DNA of 63,398 bases, the filler included, from Octopus bimaculoides (lineage: Eukaryota), in NCBI RefSeq assembly GCF_001194135.2. It is 6 parts of 5 records of this genome, joined end to end, with 100 filler letters (N's around TTAATTAATTAA, not from the genome) between each part and the next. Parts side by side here need not be neighbours in the genome. Positions count along the whole stretch, not along the records: positions 1 to 12,016 come from NC_068999.1; positions 12,117 to 25,303 come from NC_068986.1; 4 more parts are not named here. The stretch is one strand, 5' to 3'. Shown here one piece after another: positions 1 through 14,015 of this stretch. The position numbers were made by a program, and so were the translations under genes. A model generated the notes under the pieces. It searched no databases. It worked only from the letters and a program-made list of their open reading frames with translations, and was not told the origin of the DNA. Positions within the stretch are counted from its first letter, which is position 1. The number at the start of each line of letters is the position of its first letter.

Positions 1-44
<44 letters not shown>

Positions 45-699
45 TAGTAATACATTCATACATAGGTACATTTATTCATCAGACACAAATGACAGTCGGC
101 TCCACCCTATTCTATCATTATTATCATTATCATTGTCATATCCGTGACATATTTTTGTATTTGACTAACATTAGATTCTGACAAGAGCAAATCTTCTCTC
201 TTTTACTTTCATTTCTTCTCCGAAACCCATACACATAGACACACAGTATACATATATACGTTCGCATGTGTAAATACATGCATCATTCATATAAGATATA
301 ACTGTCTATTTGTCTCTCTATTTGTCTCACAATTTGTCTCTATCTATTTGTCTCTGTTTGCCTCTCTGAGTGTATATTAGACTTTACATCTCTTTCTCTC
401 TCTATTTCGTATGTATGTGTTCATATTTACACCCACACACCCACACATAATATACATACATTTATATAGATATATACATATATATATCCTTCACAGATAC
501 ACACTTATACACACACACACACACACACACTTGCACACACACACATGTTCACTTTCTTACTTTATGAGGACCGAGAGTGTATTCAGACTAAATTTGATGA
601 TTTTTTTCTTGTTGTCCTCTCTTTTTAGCGACACGCTAATGTATTGGGGAGCAGTCACCGACGTGGAAGAGCATAATGCATAGCGCTATAGTTGAGAAA

Positions 700-920
700 G
701 CTTTACACGGAGGACTGGAAGCCATCTGAATATTCGAAAAGAGTTACCATTATCCTAACGATTCGTGCTGGTTATCAAAATACCGACATTATGACTGCCG
801 CTCAATGCTCTGTGTACGCTGTAAAAGCTGTAAGATGTGACTTGGATCAGCTACAACAAAAACTATGAAGATGTGGCCAACAGGAAGGGATGCCGTAGGC
901 CGGAATTCATCCTCATAGAC
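700..920 (+). mobile_element. Degenerate N-terminal fragment of an IS630-Tc1-mariner transposase
   Basis: Reads EDWKPSEYSKRVTIILTIRAGYQNTDIMTAAQCSVYAVKAVRCDLD, then frameshifts to NYEDVANRK. Resembles the N-terminal HTH region of the relic at 14640-15510. Confidence 0.35.
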
Positions 921-1004
921 GTGGGGGTAAATTCCGGCCCTTAGGCGCATTCAGACGGCTATGTTTACTGTGGGAAATATATATATATATTGTTTTTCTT
1001 TTAA

Positions 1005-1175
1005 ATTGATTCAGACATTTGACTGTGGCCATGCTGGAGCACTGACTTTTGTCGAACAAATCGACCCCAGGACTTATTCTTTGTAAAACTAGTACTTATT
1101 CTATCGGTCTCTTTTGCCGAACCGAGCTGGTACGTTATGGGGACGTAAACACACCAGCATCGGTTGTCAAGTGGA
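1005..1175 (-). mobile_element. SINE family C, 3' half, truncated by a gap
   Basis: gactgtggccatgctggagcac...tcgaccccaggacttattct...ggggacgtaaacacaccagcatcggttgtcaag matches the copies at 18227, 21361, 26630 and 34940. Confidence 0.75.
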
Positions 1176-2737
1176 NNNNNNNNNNNNNNNNNNNNNNNNN
1201 NNNNNNNNNNNNNNNNNNNNNNNNNNNNNNNNNNNNNNNNNNNNNNNNNNNNNNNNNNNNNNNNNNNNNNNNNNNNNNNNNNNNNNNNNNNNNNNNNNNN
1301 NNNNNNNNNNNNNNNNNNNNNNNNNNNNNNNNNNNNNNNNNNNNNNNNNNNNNNNNNNNNNNNNNNNNNNNNNNNNNNNNNNNNNNNNNNNNNNNNNNNN
1401 NNNNNNNNNNNNNNNNNNNNNNNNNNNNNNNNNNNNNNNNNNNNNNNNNNNNNNNNNNNNNNNNNNNNNNNNNNNNNNNNNNNNNNNNNNNNNNNNNNNN
1501 NNNNNNNNNNNNNNNNNNNNNNNNNNNNNNNNNNNNNNNNNNNNNNNNNNNNNNNNNNNNNNNNNNNNNNNNNNNNNNNNNNNNNNNNNNNNNNNNNNNN
1601 NNNNNNNNNNNNNNNNNNNNNNNNNNNNNNNNNNNNNNNNNNNNNNNNNNNNNNNNNNNNNNNNNNNNNNNNNNNNNNNNNNNNNNNNNNNNNNNNNNNN
1701 NNNNNNNNNNNNNNNNNNNNNNNNNNNNNNNNNNNNNNNNNNNNNNNNNNNNNNNNNNNNNNNNNNNNNNNNNNNNNNNNNNNNNNNNNNNNNNNNNNNN
1801 NNNNNNNNNNNNNNNNNNNNNNNNNNNNNNNNNNNNNNNNNNNNNNNNNNNNNNNNNNNNNNNNNNNNNNNNNNNNNNNNNNNNNNNNNNNNNNNNNNNN
1901 NNNNNNNNNNNNNNNNNNNNNNNNNNNNNNNNNNNNNNNNNNNNNNNNNNNNNNNNNNNNNNNNNNNNNNNNNNNNNNNNNNNNNNNNNNNNNNNNNNNN
2001 NNNNNNNNNNNNNNNNNNNNNNNNNNNNNNNNNNNNNNNNNNNNNNNNNNNNNNNNNNNNNNNNNNNNNNNNNNNNNNNNNTATATATATATACATATAA
2101 ATGCAAAGCGGGGACACGTGCGTGTGTGTTTTGCATCTCTTCCTCTGTTTCTGTCTCATCTCTTCTCCTCGCCGGCAAACCTATCTTATTCCATTACATT
2201 CTGTCCAAGCTTTTCAAATAAAAACCTATCCTTTTACTCGATGTCTGGACAAACATACAAACATGGAATTGCATTTCATAGTGTTGTTTATGAAGGAATC
2301 GGTTTATTTGCAATGTATAGACTCTAGAATTTGCCCTCAGCAATTTGTCTGTTTAGGATCACTTCACACGATGTACAGCAACGCAAGCCAATCTTTCTTT
2401 TCAAAAACATACCTTCAACGCCGTATTACGTTCTTCTTCCCATTCCAAGGCCGCTGAACTCCCCCCGCCCGCCGTCCACACACACGGTTTATACCCGTAC
2501 ACCGAATATTTCTACAGATTCCATATTTTGTTAACATTCACTTAGCGTCGTATTGGCAGTCTTCCATTGCATTATTTACTGTTTCTAAAAGATTCTCTGC
2601 CACAGACAACAAACGCGCATGTCAAGTATAGTGCATGTGTATGTGTATGTGTGTGTGTGTGTGTGTGTTTACAATGCATATGATTCAGTATACGTGCATG
2701 TAAGACACGCGCACATGCTCACTCAGCTACACGCGTG

Positions 2738-2779
<42 letters not shown>

Positions 2780-3666
2780 NNNNNNNNNNNNNNNNNNNNN
2801 NNNNNNNNNNNNNNNNNNNNNNNNNNNNNNNNNNNNNNNNNNNNNNNNNNNNNNNNNNNNNNNNNNNNNNNNNNNNNNNNNNNNNNNNNNNNNNNNNNNN
2901 NNNNNNNNNNNNNNNNNNNNNNNNNNNNNNNNNNNNNNNNNNNNNNNNNNNNNNNNNNNNNNNNNNNNNNNNNNNNNNNNNNNNNNNNNNNNNNNNNNNN
3001 NNNNNNNNNNNNNNNNNNNNNNNNNNNNNNNNNNNNNNNNNNNNNNNNNNNNNNNNNNNNNNNNNNNNNNNNNNNNNNNNNNNNNNNNNNNNNNNNNNNN
3101 NNNNNNNNNNNNNNNNNNNNNNNNNNNNNNNNNNNNNNNNNNNNNNNNNNNNNNNNNNNNNNNNNNNNNNNNNNNNNNNNNNNNNNNNNNNNNNNNNNNN
3201 NNNNNNNNNNNNNNNNNNNNNNNNNNNNNNNNNNNNNNNNNNNNNNNNNNNNNNNNNNNNNNNNNNNNNNNNNNNNNNNNNNNNNNNNNNNNNNNNNNNN
3301 NNNNNNNNNNNNNNNNNNNNNNNNNNNNNNNNNNNNNNNNNNNNNNNNNNNNNNNNNNNNNNNNNNNNNNNNNNNNNNNNNNNNNNNNNNNNNNNNNNNN
3401 NNNNNNNNNNNNNNNNNNNNNNNNNNNNNNNNNNNNNNNNNNNNNNNNNNNNNNNNNNNNNNNNNNNNNNNNNNNNNNNNNNNNNNNNNNNNNNNNNNNN
3501 NNNNNNNNNNNNNNNNNNNNNNNNNNNNNNNNNNNNNNNNNNNNNNNNNNNNNNNNNNNNNNNNNNNNNNNNNNNNNNNNNNNNNNNNNNNNNNNNNNNN
3601 NNNNNNNNNNNNNNNNNNNNNNNNNNNNNNNNNNNNNNNNNNNNNNNNNNTATATATATATATATA

Positions 3667-3713
<47 letters not shown>

Positions 3714-3959
3714 TACGTGTGTATGTGTGTCAGAGTTTGCTCATACATAAATATAGAAATATATGCCTACAAATACTGATATTTGAAGAATTAAAACAAC
3801 TAAACTAAGATATGTCTCTATCATTGTATTGAGAATAAGCGCACAAGCGTAAATTTTATTTTAATGTCCAAAATCAAAAAATGACTGAGAAATTAAAAGA
3901 CGTCCCACATATGACCATCCAACCTTCCCCTTTTTTTTAAGTGTATCTAAGACTACATT

Positions 3960-4230
3960 ATCGAATTTATCCGACATTTTTTAAAAAAACAAGACAACCT
4001 GGTGTCATTTAAGGGTGATTTGGGTGCTATCTTTAGCAGATCGAGCGACGAATTAGAGTTTGGCTTGTTGGCTTTGACTCATATCAGTTCCGATCTATCA
4101 AACTTAAGGGGAGAGGCGTTCTAGCCATGACAGATTTGTCTTTGTGTGACTAAGACTACCTTGAACAAACGTGTCATTCCATTTTTATCTGTATAGCGTT
4201 ACTTAATGGAGAATGTTTCAGTTATTTCTA
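3960..4230. repeat. Degenerate interspersed repeat (family E), reverse-oriented relative of 58520-58910
   Basis: Weak similarity by eye to the unit repeated at 58520-58910. Not aligned computationally. Confidence 0.25.
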
Positions 4231-4350
4231 GCAAGAAGAGTGACCAGTATCAGCGTTTTCTTCTTTTGTTTTTGGTTTGCTCCTGTATCCAGTTTAGTCT
4301 AACCATAAACGTGGCAATGGATGAAATAAAATAATATACCAGTCATATAC

Positions 4351-4473
4351 CATGTCTACTATGTTCGACGGATCGCATTGAATTCTCTGGATTGCTCAAG
4401 TTGTTGTATTTGTTGTTCTTGTTTGTGCAATGGCTTCCGATATTTGCTGTCGGAGACGGTTTTGGAATTTCAT
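4351..4473 (-). CDS. Candidate orphan internal exon (123 nt, phase 1-1), product unknown
   Basis: ctctaatcgttcAG|ATGAA...CATG|GTatat. Open frame (D)EIPKPSPTANIGSHCTNKNNKYNNLSNPENSMRSVEHSRH. No homology recognised. Confidence 0.25.
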
Positions 4474-4837
4474 CTGAACGATTAGAGGTAATAAATACAA
4501 ACATCTTCACACAGCAAAACTAACAAAAATGAAAGAGAAAAACTCATCTCCATCTTACAACGAAACAAAATATGGCGGAATTCAATGCTTCCCCTATGAA
4601 ATATATTTGTTTTGCAATTGAATGAATGTACCAATATATTTCGAGCTTCCAAAATTCTGTCATGCTTTTGAAGTAGAGTAAATAAATATGAAATAAAGAG
4701 GCGGAGAGGGCGAGAATATAAAATGGTGAAAGAGAAAGACAGAAAAGAGAAAGAGAAGATAAGAGATAGAATGAAAGAAAGAGATAGAGAGAGAGAGAGA
4801 GAAAGAGTGTGTTGTGTGTGTGTGTGTGTGATAGAAT

Positions 4838-4877
<40 letters not shown>

Positions 4878-5063
4878 CAGAAGAGGGCGAAAGAGAAATA
4901 TTATCTCATTTTTACTCATCTACACCGATCAATGATCACTCAATAGAAAATAGTCTAGTGGATACCTTATCCATCTTAGAAACCTTATATAAGCTATTTT
5001 GTAGGGACAGACTATTGTAGGGGGGAAAACTAAATATTACTCATCGCTGTGTGTATATATATG

Positions 5064-5117
<54 letters not shown>

Positions 5118-6923
5118 TCTGTATATTTATATGTATGTATGTTTATATGTATGTATGTATATATGTATGTATCTATCTATCTAGCCACCTATCTATGTAT
5201 TTATCTATCTATGTTTATATATATATACACACAGGTAGACACACGCATATACAAATATATAAGTTTTTATGATGTAGCTACACAAACTTACATATAATAC
5301 ACATGAAATATATACTTGCGTGCAAGCCAACTGAAAGTATAGCATTTCATTTATCTTTTTTTTTTTAAATTAAATTATATTTTTGTTGCAAAGTTTTACA
5401 TGAATGTATACACACCTTCTATATCAGTCCCCACTTTAGCTTATATGCAGAACAGAATCTGACAAAAAAAAAAAAAATTATTAACAACGGCCAAACAAAC
5501 TCTACCTACACAAAACAGAAAGTTAAAAATCGTTATGTGCAAATCAAATTGCTTATAGAACAATGAAAAACTTAGAGAGAAATATATAAACATACAACTT
5601 TTACTGAAATACTTTCATGAACATCAAAGCACAAGAGAAACGATTTTCTATACAAACAGATCTATGACATGTGTGACTAGTAACCCCGACCTTACAAATG
5701 AAAACAAGAAATATCCTCAACAACAACAAGAAGCGAAGAAACGAACAGTCGTAAACTTATCACCTATCTACATTCTTGTGTGAAAAACAATTGTCTCATC
5801 CCATTATTATGGGCTTAAATGCTTGACTTCGTACTTTTGACCTTTACATTGTCAAAGCAAAAGGATTAAACCCCGTAATACCAAAAGCAACAAAGATAAT
5901 GTTACACTTTGTGCCTACCTCACAAAAGAGAAACAACGACAGGCTTGTTTACAAAGTTTTACATCCGTGGATAAATTCTAAACAATAGCAATAATCCCAT
6001 AATTATGGAAAGGTGTTTCCAAAACACCTTTCCATAACAAACGTCATAAAAAACCTCATTATCACCCCAATCGAAGCGCACAAACTCAAAGGAAACACTA
6101 ACGCTAATGAATCGCTGTCCGACAATTTTGTCGGTTTTGAAATGTGAATAGATGTTACATCTTTTTAGAAATATAAAGAGTACCAAGTGAGGCTGAGTGG
6201 TAAGAAACGAACGAAGTTATCTGACAATCCGATGCAAACGATTCTGGTAAACACTGGCATCGTTTAACTATATTTCGTTTAGGTTTATTTCTTTGTACCT
6301 GTTTTCCACAACTATTTTTTCTTCCTTTTTGCAGGTGGGCAGTCATCACGGAAGACAATTTGTAAACGGAATTCATTATTTGAAATGCACAAACGGATTC
6401 CCTAGCAACACTAAATCTAATCTAATTCATTAGCATGATCGAGATCTTGTTTACACCAATTCGTGAGTGGTGTTTCGAAAAAAAAAAAAAACCCACCACC
6501 AACAAAAACAACGAAGATGCAAAAATAAGACAGCCCCTCCCCAACCGCTACAATAACAACAAAAGCAACAACAACTCATAATGGAATAAATAAATATGCT
6601 GTTAGTTAAAATAACAGAAAATATCTTTTTATTACATTATGTTTTATTTTATTTTATTTTATTATGCGTTTGTTAAATTATATTTCTTTTTTGCCACGAA
6701 TCTTATCTAACTCCCTAAAGTCAATACCACTTACCATTTGGTTCCCTTTAAGATAATTTTTTTGCTTTTTAGCATTGCGTTTAGTGTTTTATTTTGAAAA
6801 ACATTGTTTAATACATACATACATATACATACATANNNNNNNNNNNNNNNNNNNNNNNNNNNNNNNNNNNNNNNNNNNNNNNNNNNNNNNNNNNNNNNNN
6901 NNNNNNNNNNNNNNNNNNNNNNN

Positions 6924-6981
<58 letters not shown>

Positions 6982-7693
6982 ACATATACATATGTGTATG
7001 TGTCTATGTATGTATGCGTATGCATGTGTATGTATGTGTGTATGGAAGTGTATTCTAGAAAATAAATATTTACTTATTCTATATTTTTAGCTTCCACCTG
7101 CTATTTACAACACAGCCATTGCTCCATATGACTGTAAACAAGTTGCTAGATTCTAATATATAAAGACAAAGTACAAATGATTGGATTTGTAACACAGTCT
7201 TTTAACAGTTTCAGCATTTCTTTCTTCCATCTTGAGGAAGAATTGGACCGAAGCTTAAACTTGAAATCATTGCCACATACCTACAAATATATGTCTATAT
7301 TTAATTGTAATAAACAGTCTCTCTCTCTATTAGCATGAAATGAGAATTTTATTCAACGTGTACTACATCTTCAATTATGAGCATCCGAAATATACACAAG
7401 CACATACATGCATACATACATGCATGCATACATACATGCATGCATACGAAAATACATACATACATACATACATACATACATACATACATGAATACATACA
7501 CAATCATACCCGGTTGATGTTGAAATTTCAGTGAAAGAGCCTTGGATGTAGGTTAGAAACCGGTCGTTTCTCTATTGGTATAACTGAATAATGACACACA
7601 CACACACACATGAACACACACACACACGCACACGCTCACACACACGCACAAACACACACAAACATACAAACATATAAGCTCATATACATGTAT

Positions 7694-7748
<55 letters not shown>

Positions 7749-8908
7749 GCATGTATGTGTTTGTGTTTGTGTGTGAGCGCATGCGATTTCTCTCTCTCTC
7801 TCTCTCTGTCACACACAAACACACTCATAAACACACACGTACGATGGGTTTTCGCGCAGTTTCAGTCGCAAGGTATTAGTCTGTCCGGAGCCGTAGTAGA
7901 AGATATTTACTCAAGATGCTACACTGTAGGACTGAAGCAGAAACCGCACGGTCGTAATGCGACCTTCTTAACCAAACAACCAAACAAGCGCCTAATGAAT
8001 GCGAGCCGAATATCTTCCTTAAATGGCAATCCCTTCTGCCATCAGTCAATACTAGTATATATCTTTTATAATCACGCTGATTTTATACACACAACGCAAA
8101 TAATCTAGTTTGCTTAGTTTCTTTGCTATGTAATGTTCTCATATTAATTTTCTTACTGGACAAACATTGCTATTTTCTCCGTTTATTTTCTTTATTGAAA
8201 TCTCTGTGAAATATTTCGTCAGACAGTCTCAAGCTGTGAAATGCGTGTTAAGCTATTTTCAAAATAACAACATTGTTTCGCAACTACCAATCTATGTACA
8301 GAATTGTTTCATTTCAGATGAAGAAAAAACAAAAATGAATAAATATTATGTATGGAAGTAGGTATAAGCATATGTGGTAATCTGTTGGTTTGTTTCTATT
8401 TTGTTTTTTGATTTTTTCTTCGGTATTTTTTGTTGATGTCTGTATCGTAATGAGGAGAGAATTAATGCCAGTTGTTAACAGAGTAACGAAGCTCTTTTGT
8501 TGGTGTTCAGACATTTGTAAAATATTTACGTGTGTCTATATTAATTTATATGATCATATATACATATATATACATTTATACGTAGACACATACATATATA
8601 CATATGCACAGATACAGGCATACGTATTTATTTATATATTTGTTTGTGTATATATGTGGGAGTATGCTTGTTTCACATAGATATAATGCCAATGTCTGAC
8701 CAATATATTTAACTAAACATTTTCGCAATGTCTTACTTATTCTTATATTCCAATTTGTTTATTTTGTAAATAAATGCAAATCTACAATGATTCTCGTTTC
8801 CTCTCCTTTTTCTCTCCAGCAGCCATTTTTTTCCCGAGGATACTCTAAAACTATTACACCAATAAAAGTGATTATAAATTTCAGCATTTTATTTTTAATA
8901 GATGATGT

Positions 8909-9152
8909 GGAGGCGCAATGGCTAGGCGCAATGGCTCAGTGGTTAGGGCAGGGGACTCGCAGTAGGAGGCTCGCGGTTTCAATTCCCAGATCGGGCGTTG
9001 TGCGTGTTTATTGAGCGAAGACACCTAAACCTCCACGAGGCTCCGGCAGGGGGTGGTCGTGACCCCTGTTGTACTCTTCCACCCTAACTTTCTCTCACTC
9101 TTTCCTCCTGTTTCTTGAGTAACGCTGTGATGGACTGGTGTCCCGTCCAGCT
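8909..9152 (+). mobile_element. tRNA-derived SINE family A, variant 3' end
   Basis: GGAGGCGCAATGG head (locally duplicated), A-box TGGCTCAGTGG, B-box GTTTCAATTCC. Body matches the 28261 and 29583 copies. Confidence 0.75.
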
Positions 9153-9468
9153 GGATGTTCACGACTGGCATGTCTTTGATTATAACTCAGCACAATCAGA
9201 ATTGGCCGCGGGTTAAGCAACAACAATTTACTAATTTAACCAACCAACAACCTCACAAGCCACCAGGCCGAACACTAAGCCATCCACCCGTCCGTCCGTC
9301 CGTCCATCCATCCATCCATCCGTCCGTCCGTCCGTCCATCCATCCATCCATCCATCCATCCATCCATCCATTTACAGTCAGCCATTTTTAATTAGCCGGC
9401 CGCCAAACGGACGACCTTGTGTGTCCCTGTAAAAATTACTCATCTATAAAGGGCTTCATTTCATTTCA

Positions 9469-9501
<33 letters not shown>

Positions 9502-9811
9502 ACTGTTATTCCTAATTCTTGTCTTTTTATAACAACGATGATCAAATTTCATGTTTCAAGTCTTGTTTAATATTTTACGACTTCTGCCAGTAATAAAAAA
9601 GAATAGACCCCTGAAAGTATGGAGACATTGGTACACGCACTCACACACACACACAAACACACACACACACACACACACACATGCATGTACACGCACGCAC
9701 GTACATACACGCGAGCACACGCATACACACATACACACATACACACATACGCACACAAACACATACACACACAGACGCGGGCATACTGATATATTGAAGA
9801 TATACAGAAGC

Positions 9812-10128
9812 AGGCGTGGCTGCGCTGTAAGAAGATTGCTTCCCAAGTACATGGTCTCAGGTTCAACCCTACTCCATAGCACCTTAGACATGTTTTGCCA
9901 AACCGTTAAGTTGAGGGGACGTAAACACACAAACATCGCTTATCAAGCGATGGTGGTGGGACAAACACAGACACTCGACGGGCTTCTTTCAGTTTCCGTC
10001 TTCCAAATTCACTCATAAAGCTTTGTTCGGCCCGAGGCTACAGTGGAAGACACTTGCCCAAGGTGCCATGCAGTGGGACTGAACCCGGAACCATGTGGTT
10101 GGGAAGCAAGCTTCTAACCACACAGCCA
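9812..10128. mobile_element. Two SINE family C pieces in opposite orientation (+ head 9812-9895; - copy 9895-10128)
   Basis: aggcgtggctg...gaagattgcttccc head, followed by an inverted copy ending aagcaagcttctaaccacacagcca. Confidence 0.7.
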
Positions 10129-10798
10129 TCTATAAAGATATTCTATAGAATTTAGAGCCACCACTGAAAGTTACGACGTTTCATATACAAATACGTCTTT
10201 GTAAAAGGTGAAACCGAAGACAGAAATATAGGAAAAGGATGTATATGTGTATTTCAGGAATTATTGGCCCATCATCAGTACCACATCCAACCCACTAACC
10301 ATCCACGAACACATTGCTTAGATAGTCACTAAGTCTAGCGGTGTAACACAATTGGAAAACCCAATTTCACATATTAAAGAGCATTTGTGATAACTGCTAT
10401 GTACTAATTGGTTGCTGGCAGGGACAGCGTATTTCATTTTGCAACCAAAATATGCTAGCAAGTATATTTAAGGTTTATAAGTCAATACTGTGTCGTGCAT
10501 TGTGTCAGCCGTTCGCTGTTCAGCTGTCAATACAGGATCCCTGTCAACTTATGATCACAAAGGGATCCTATCTGGTATTAAGCTATACCTGTTGGTGGTT
10601 GGCGGCTGGCTCTGAGATGTACCTGTGTGTATTTGATTCTTTATACGTGTAATTGCACGCACGCACACATCCACGTACATCCACACACTCACATGCAAAG
10701 ACACACATACTCACGCACACACTGATATACACACACTTACTAACACGCAAGGCATACACAGACACAGTCACACACACACACACACACANNNNNNNNNN

Positions 10799-10848
<50 letters not shown>

Positions 10849-10956
10849 ACTTTAAAAGTATATGTATAAATGTAATTATATATCTCTGTCAGTGTAGGTA
10901 TATATTCAGCCAGACTTATACTCACATACACACACATACATAAATATTCATATATA

Positions 10957-11007
<51 letters not shown>

Positions 11008-11668
11008 GTATATACTCATCTCTGAAGCTATCTTAGTATGTATATACATACACACACACACGCATATATCAATATGTACACGCATTGATGTATACTCATA
11101 ATCCAAACATATCTATGACGTATGTATACATCTGTACGTAAGCACATAATTCCACGCGTGACACTGCTGCAAAACAGCAACAACAACAACAACAACAACA
11201 CACACACAAACACATGTATAATATAATACATACCTACACACGTTTATAGTTTATAATATACACCAATTCTTTATCTCCACGGCTGATTATATTTTTATGA
11301 TGTTGCTGTTTTCGATCAACTTAGTTCAGAGATTTTTATAGTTTTTTTCTTCCATATTTTAAACCTGTAACATAAACTCTTATCTTAAGTTTTATTTCAG
11401 ACCAAATTACCAACTGTTTTTCTATATATATTGTTTTTTATATGATGGCCATCTTTCTCTCTTACCTTTCTTTCTTTCTCTATTCCGTACTTTTTCTCTT
11501 TCTTTCTTTCTCTCTCTCTCCTTTTTCTTGTTTTCTATTTATAACATCTTATGTTGTATCTGGCTGTTTATAGATTGATATCAGTTTCCAGTGGCATACG
11601 CAAAATATAAATATAGAATATATACTGGAGATAATCATATAGCTGTTATTAATCTCGTCTTCTCGTGA

Positions 11669-11708
<40 letters not shown>

Positions 11709-11711
<3 letters not shown>

Positions 11712-12016
11712 TAGTTTTATTTTTATAACGTGCTTTCACTTCACTACCGAGCGCAGCTCTGTGCGCCTTGGGTATGTGCTGTGGTTTGCTATGGTGCTCT
11801 TATGGTTACTGTATTGAAAGTGTTTTGCGTAGAATGTGTGCAGTACCCAGTAGTGCAATTTTCTGTATGTTATATATATTTGTAAGTCCTGGTGTTTTTG
11901 TTATGTATTTGTCTGAATATTTTTTTTATTATACCTAAGGCACCTACTATGATAGGAATTGTTTCTGTTTTTAGATTCCACATTCGAGTTATCTCTATTT
12001 CCAGGTCTTTGTATTT
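11709..12016 (-). mobile_element. 3' end of an R4/Dong-type (RLE) non-LTR retrotransposon abutting (TAA)n
   Basis: Minus strand reads KYKDLEIEITRMWNLKTETIPIIVGALGII...TPGLTNIYNIQKIALLGTAHILRKTLSIQ* with a one-base slip in an A-run. The 3' UTR runs into (TAA)n at 11668-11708. Confidence 0.85.
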
Positions 12017-12116
12017 NNNNNNNNNNNNNNNNNNNNNNNNNNNNNNNNNNNNNNNNNNNNTTAATTAATTAANNNNNNNNNNNNNNNNNNNNNNNNNNNN
12101 NNNNNNNNNNNNNNNN
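12017..12116. other. Artificial 100-bp scaffold spacer (44 N + TTAATTAATTAA + 44 N)
   Basis: The same 12-mer (stops in all six frames) is centred in N runs at 12061, 25348, 42781, 45142 and 61036. The spacers at 12017-12116 and 42737-42836 are exactly 100 bp. Confidence 0.95.
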
Positions 12117-13036
12117 ATATATATATATATATATATACCATATATATGTACGTATGTATGTATGGATATATGTATGTATGCGTGTGCGTGTATATAGGCG
12201 AAAGCGCTAAGTAAATATTTTTTAACACTTTTTTGCTAAACATATAAAATGTGTACATCATTCATACAATCTATACACACATATATACATATGTGTGAAT
12301 TATATATGTGTGTGTACGTATGCAAATGCATATACATATATGTGTGTGTGTGTCTATGTGTGTCTGTATGTATGTATGTGTATGTGAATGTGAATTATTT
12401 ACAACGTGTTTCTGTTGTTTTCTTTCTACATATATCTACATATCTGTGTATATTTACAGTTGAATTTCTTGTCTACGTATGTATATACGTCCCTGTGTAT
12501 ATGTGTGTCACATTCAAACGAGCTGAATTAACTGACACCATTTACCGTGTCAAGAAATGGCCGTCATCATTCGTGTTCTTCTCACCCCTGTGTCTCTGTC
12601 TCTCCAACTCTCCCGACGACGAACATTGACAAGTCTTTCTTCTTCTAATCTGATACACACAACACCAGAGAATTAAGATGTCTCCCAAAAGATGGCTATC
12701 TTTTGTCAAGTGAAATGTTATATTTCGTTTTCATTGAACCAACAATATAATGCTAATTATTCATTGCGAAAATAACCTCCGAAACATCTATTACATTCTC
12801 TATGCAAACTTCACTTTGGTACACATGAATTGTGTGAATGTTTACTCCGAAACCATTTCATTTCGGCATTTGCACAGATAATGAGAAACGGATATCTTCA
12901 TCATTTAAATGGTTATACTCTTAATGTATTTCTGATTTGACACTTTAAAAGACATGATCTAATAAAATACCAATTCATCAGAAGTTTGTCAATGAATGCA
13001 TTCATTACATATATGCATAGCTTTTGCTATATATGC

Positions 13037-13121
<85 letters not shown>

Positions 13122-13525
13122 GGTATGTATATATATATATATTTATATATATATATAGAGAGAGAGAGATAAGTGCATACACGCACAGACACAGACATAT
13201 GCATGTATATGCGAGATCGTGTGTGTGTGTTTGTGCATTGATGTTGTGTATATATATATATACTATAGACAGTATACGCTCAAATATATATATGCATGTA
13301 TGTCAGTATTATATGAGACGGTATTATATAGCGGTGGATTGACAGATACTATAAAGCTTCAGATAAAATGAATTTAGCAATTGTTTATGGCCTTTTAATC
13401 TTTCCGTGTGTTCAAATTCGAACTCACCAATAATGTGGCGCGTTAGACTACAAATTTAACTCGCCACCAAAATGTTCCACTTGTTCTATCAGAGAAATGA
13501 TTTAACTACGTGTAGCAGCACCAAC

Positions 13526-13572
<47 letters not shown>

Positions 13573-13589
13573 CAGCAGCAGCAGCAGCA

Positions 13590-14015
13590 GAATAGTTATA
13601 ATATTGATTCCAAATGTTGGCACAAGGAAAGCAATTTTGGGGTGAGGAGACAAGTCGATTACATCGACTCCAGAATTCAGCTGGTACAAAATTTTATCGT
13701 TCCCCGAAGGGATGAAAAGAAAATTCGACCACGGCGAAATTTGAATTCAGACCGTAAAGACGTACGAAATGCCACTAGGCATTTGGTGCGGTGTTGTAAC
13801 GATTTATTTTTACTCTAGGCACAAGGATCGAAATTTTGGGAGAGGGTTCCAGTCGATTTGCTCCACACTAGTACGCGAATGGTACTTAATTTATCAACCT
13901 CGAAAGAATGAAGTGCATAACCAACCTCGGCGTAATTTGAACTCAGAACGCAAAGACAGACGAAATGCCGCTAAGCATTTCGCCCGGCGTTCTAACAATT
14001 CTGCCAGTTCCCTGC
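13590..14015 (-). mobile_element. Two tandem copies of SINE family B
   Basis: Two units containing gtcgatt...ctggtac...atcg...gaaaggatgaaa...aatttgaactcagaacg...aaatgccgctaagcatttcgcccggcg. Confidence 0.75.

Noticed and set aside
6335-6433. Strong plus-strand acceptor (tttttcttcctttttgcAG at 6334)
   Set aside because: All three frames close within 33 codons, and no partner exon or homology was recognised.
10270-10600. Possible mariner fragment (DYLSNVFVDG*WVGCG) on the minus strand
   Set aside because: Too degenerate to support from sequence alone.
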